This document shows positions 63,435 to 64,000 of a DNA stretch of 64,000 bases, piece by piece. Origin of the DNA: Candidatus Omnitrophota bacterium (GTDB taxonomy: Bacteria; Omnitrophota; Gorgyraeia; B26-G9); assembly GCA_018817165.1 (NCBI GenBank), contig JAHITY010000070.1, positions 363 to 64,362 on the forward strand, read 5' to 3'. The translations under genes were made by a program, and so were the position numbers. The notes beneath the pieces are model-generated. The model worked only from the letters and a program-made list of their open reading frames with translations, searched no databases and had not been told where the DNA came from. Numbering within the stretch: position 1 is the stretch's first letter; the number at the start of each line of letters is the position of its first letter.

Positions 63435-64000
63435 GTGAATATATTTAAAAAAGGAGTATTTTTAATTACTTGCGGCAGAGGAATAATGCCTTGTTTGCAT
63501 AAAGAAGTTAAGCAGTTGGGCTATGATGTTTTGTCTTCTCATGAAACTGGATTGGAAATTGAAGCAGAATATGAGGATTGTTATAAATTAAATCTTTGTC
63601 TGCGCACAGCAATGCATATCATGTTTTTGCTTAAGAAATTTGCTTGTATTAGCCCCGATGAATTGTATAAGATTGTATCATCGCTGCCTTGGGAAAATAT
63701 TATTAGCCCGACCGAGTATGTCAGTGTGGTTTCTATGGCCGATACAAAACATTTGAAAAATTCGATGTTTGCCAGTCAAAGAGTTAAAGACGCGATTGTT
63801 GATCGGATCATGAGTAAACGCGATAGCCGTCCTGATGCCGGACCGCTAAGAGATAATGTTGTGGTTAATCTTTTTTGGAAAAATAACCGCTGCTGGCTGT
63901 ATGTGGATACCTCGGGTAATAAACTCTCCGATCGGACATACCGCAAGCTTCCTTATATTGCTCCTTTGCAGGAAACTCTGGCCGCGGCATTATTATTGGC
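63435..64000 (+). CDS. THUMP-domain RNA methyltransferase (RlmL/YpsC-like), runs off the window end
   Basis: manual translation from GTG 63435: LNLCLRTA, LPWE, VKDAIVD, DTSGNKLSDRTYR, APLQETLAAA. Confidence 0.88.
   Translation, partial: MNIFKKGVFLITCGRGIMPCLHKEVKQLGYDVLSSHETGLEIEAEYEDCYKLNLCLRTAMHIMFLLKKFACISPDELYKIVSSLPWENIISPTEYVSVVSMADTKHLKNSMFASQRVKDAIVDRIMSKRDSRPDAGPLRDNVVVNLFWKNNRCWLYVDTSGNKLSDRTYRKLPYIAPLQETLAAALLL

Overview
Gene-dense, AT-rich chromosomal window from a diderm, strictly anaerobic bacterium. PEP-CTERM, an outer-membrane barrel, [FeFe]-hydrogenases and the repeat style suggest a PVC/Omnitrophota-like organism, but that placement is low-confidence inference. Nearly all genes are on the + strand until about 60.5 kb. 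Contents in order: DEAD-box helicase and two cold-shock genes; a Fur-controlled 'orange protein'-like Fe-S/metal-cofactor operon; a KamA + 2x ATP-grasp + GNAT biosynthetic cassette; SulP; a divergent Rex heading an hfs-like sensory + catalytic [FeFe]-hydrogenase operon; an ABC-2 exporter; an HspR-like gene, CIRCE and three Hsp20s; a complete group II Mo-nitrogenase cluster (nifH-I1-I2-D-K-E-N-B-fdx-V, modA-TOBE-modB-modC, GNAT, nifA-like) with a sigma54 promoter, paired upstream palindromes and an ANTAR-type attenuator before nifA; PEP-CTERM; an OmpR-type two-component system followed by two exported Ig-like proteins; ArsR/CoA-disulfide reductase; an unknown barrel + NTF2-like + 1443-aa exoprotein trio; an ArsR-ArsP-thioredoxin-CcdA operon; a RAYT transposase remnant; a minus-strand ABC/TPR operon; and a partial THUMP methyltransferase. 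Intergenic spaces are mosaics of REP/MITE-like structured repeats. Best novelty candidates: (1) 44704-47673, whose two exported proteins look built for donor-strand-complementation polymerisation (a possible new pilus/filament); (2) the barrel/NTF2/giant exoprotein trio; (3) a recurring 'T6 tract, 8-9 nt, operator' motif just downstream of regulator genes; (4) ANTAR-type attenuation of nifA. All calls come from reading the sequence and recognising motifs; no searches were run.
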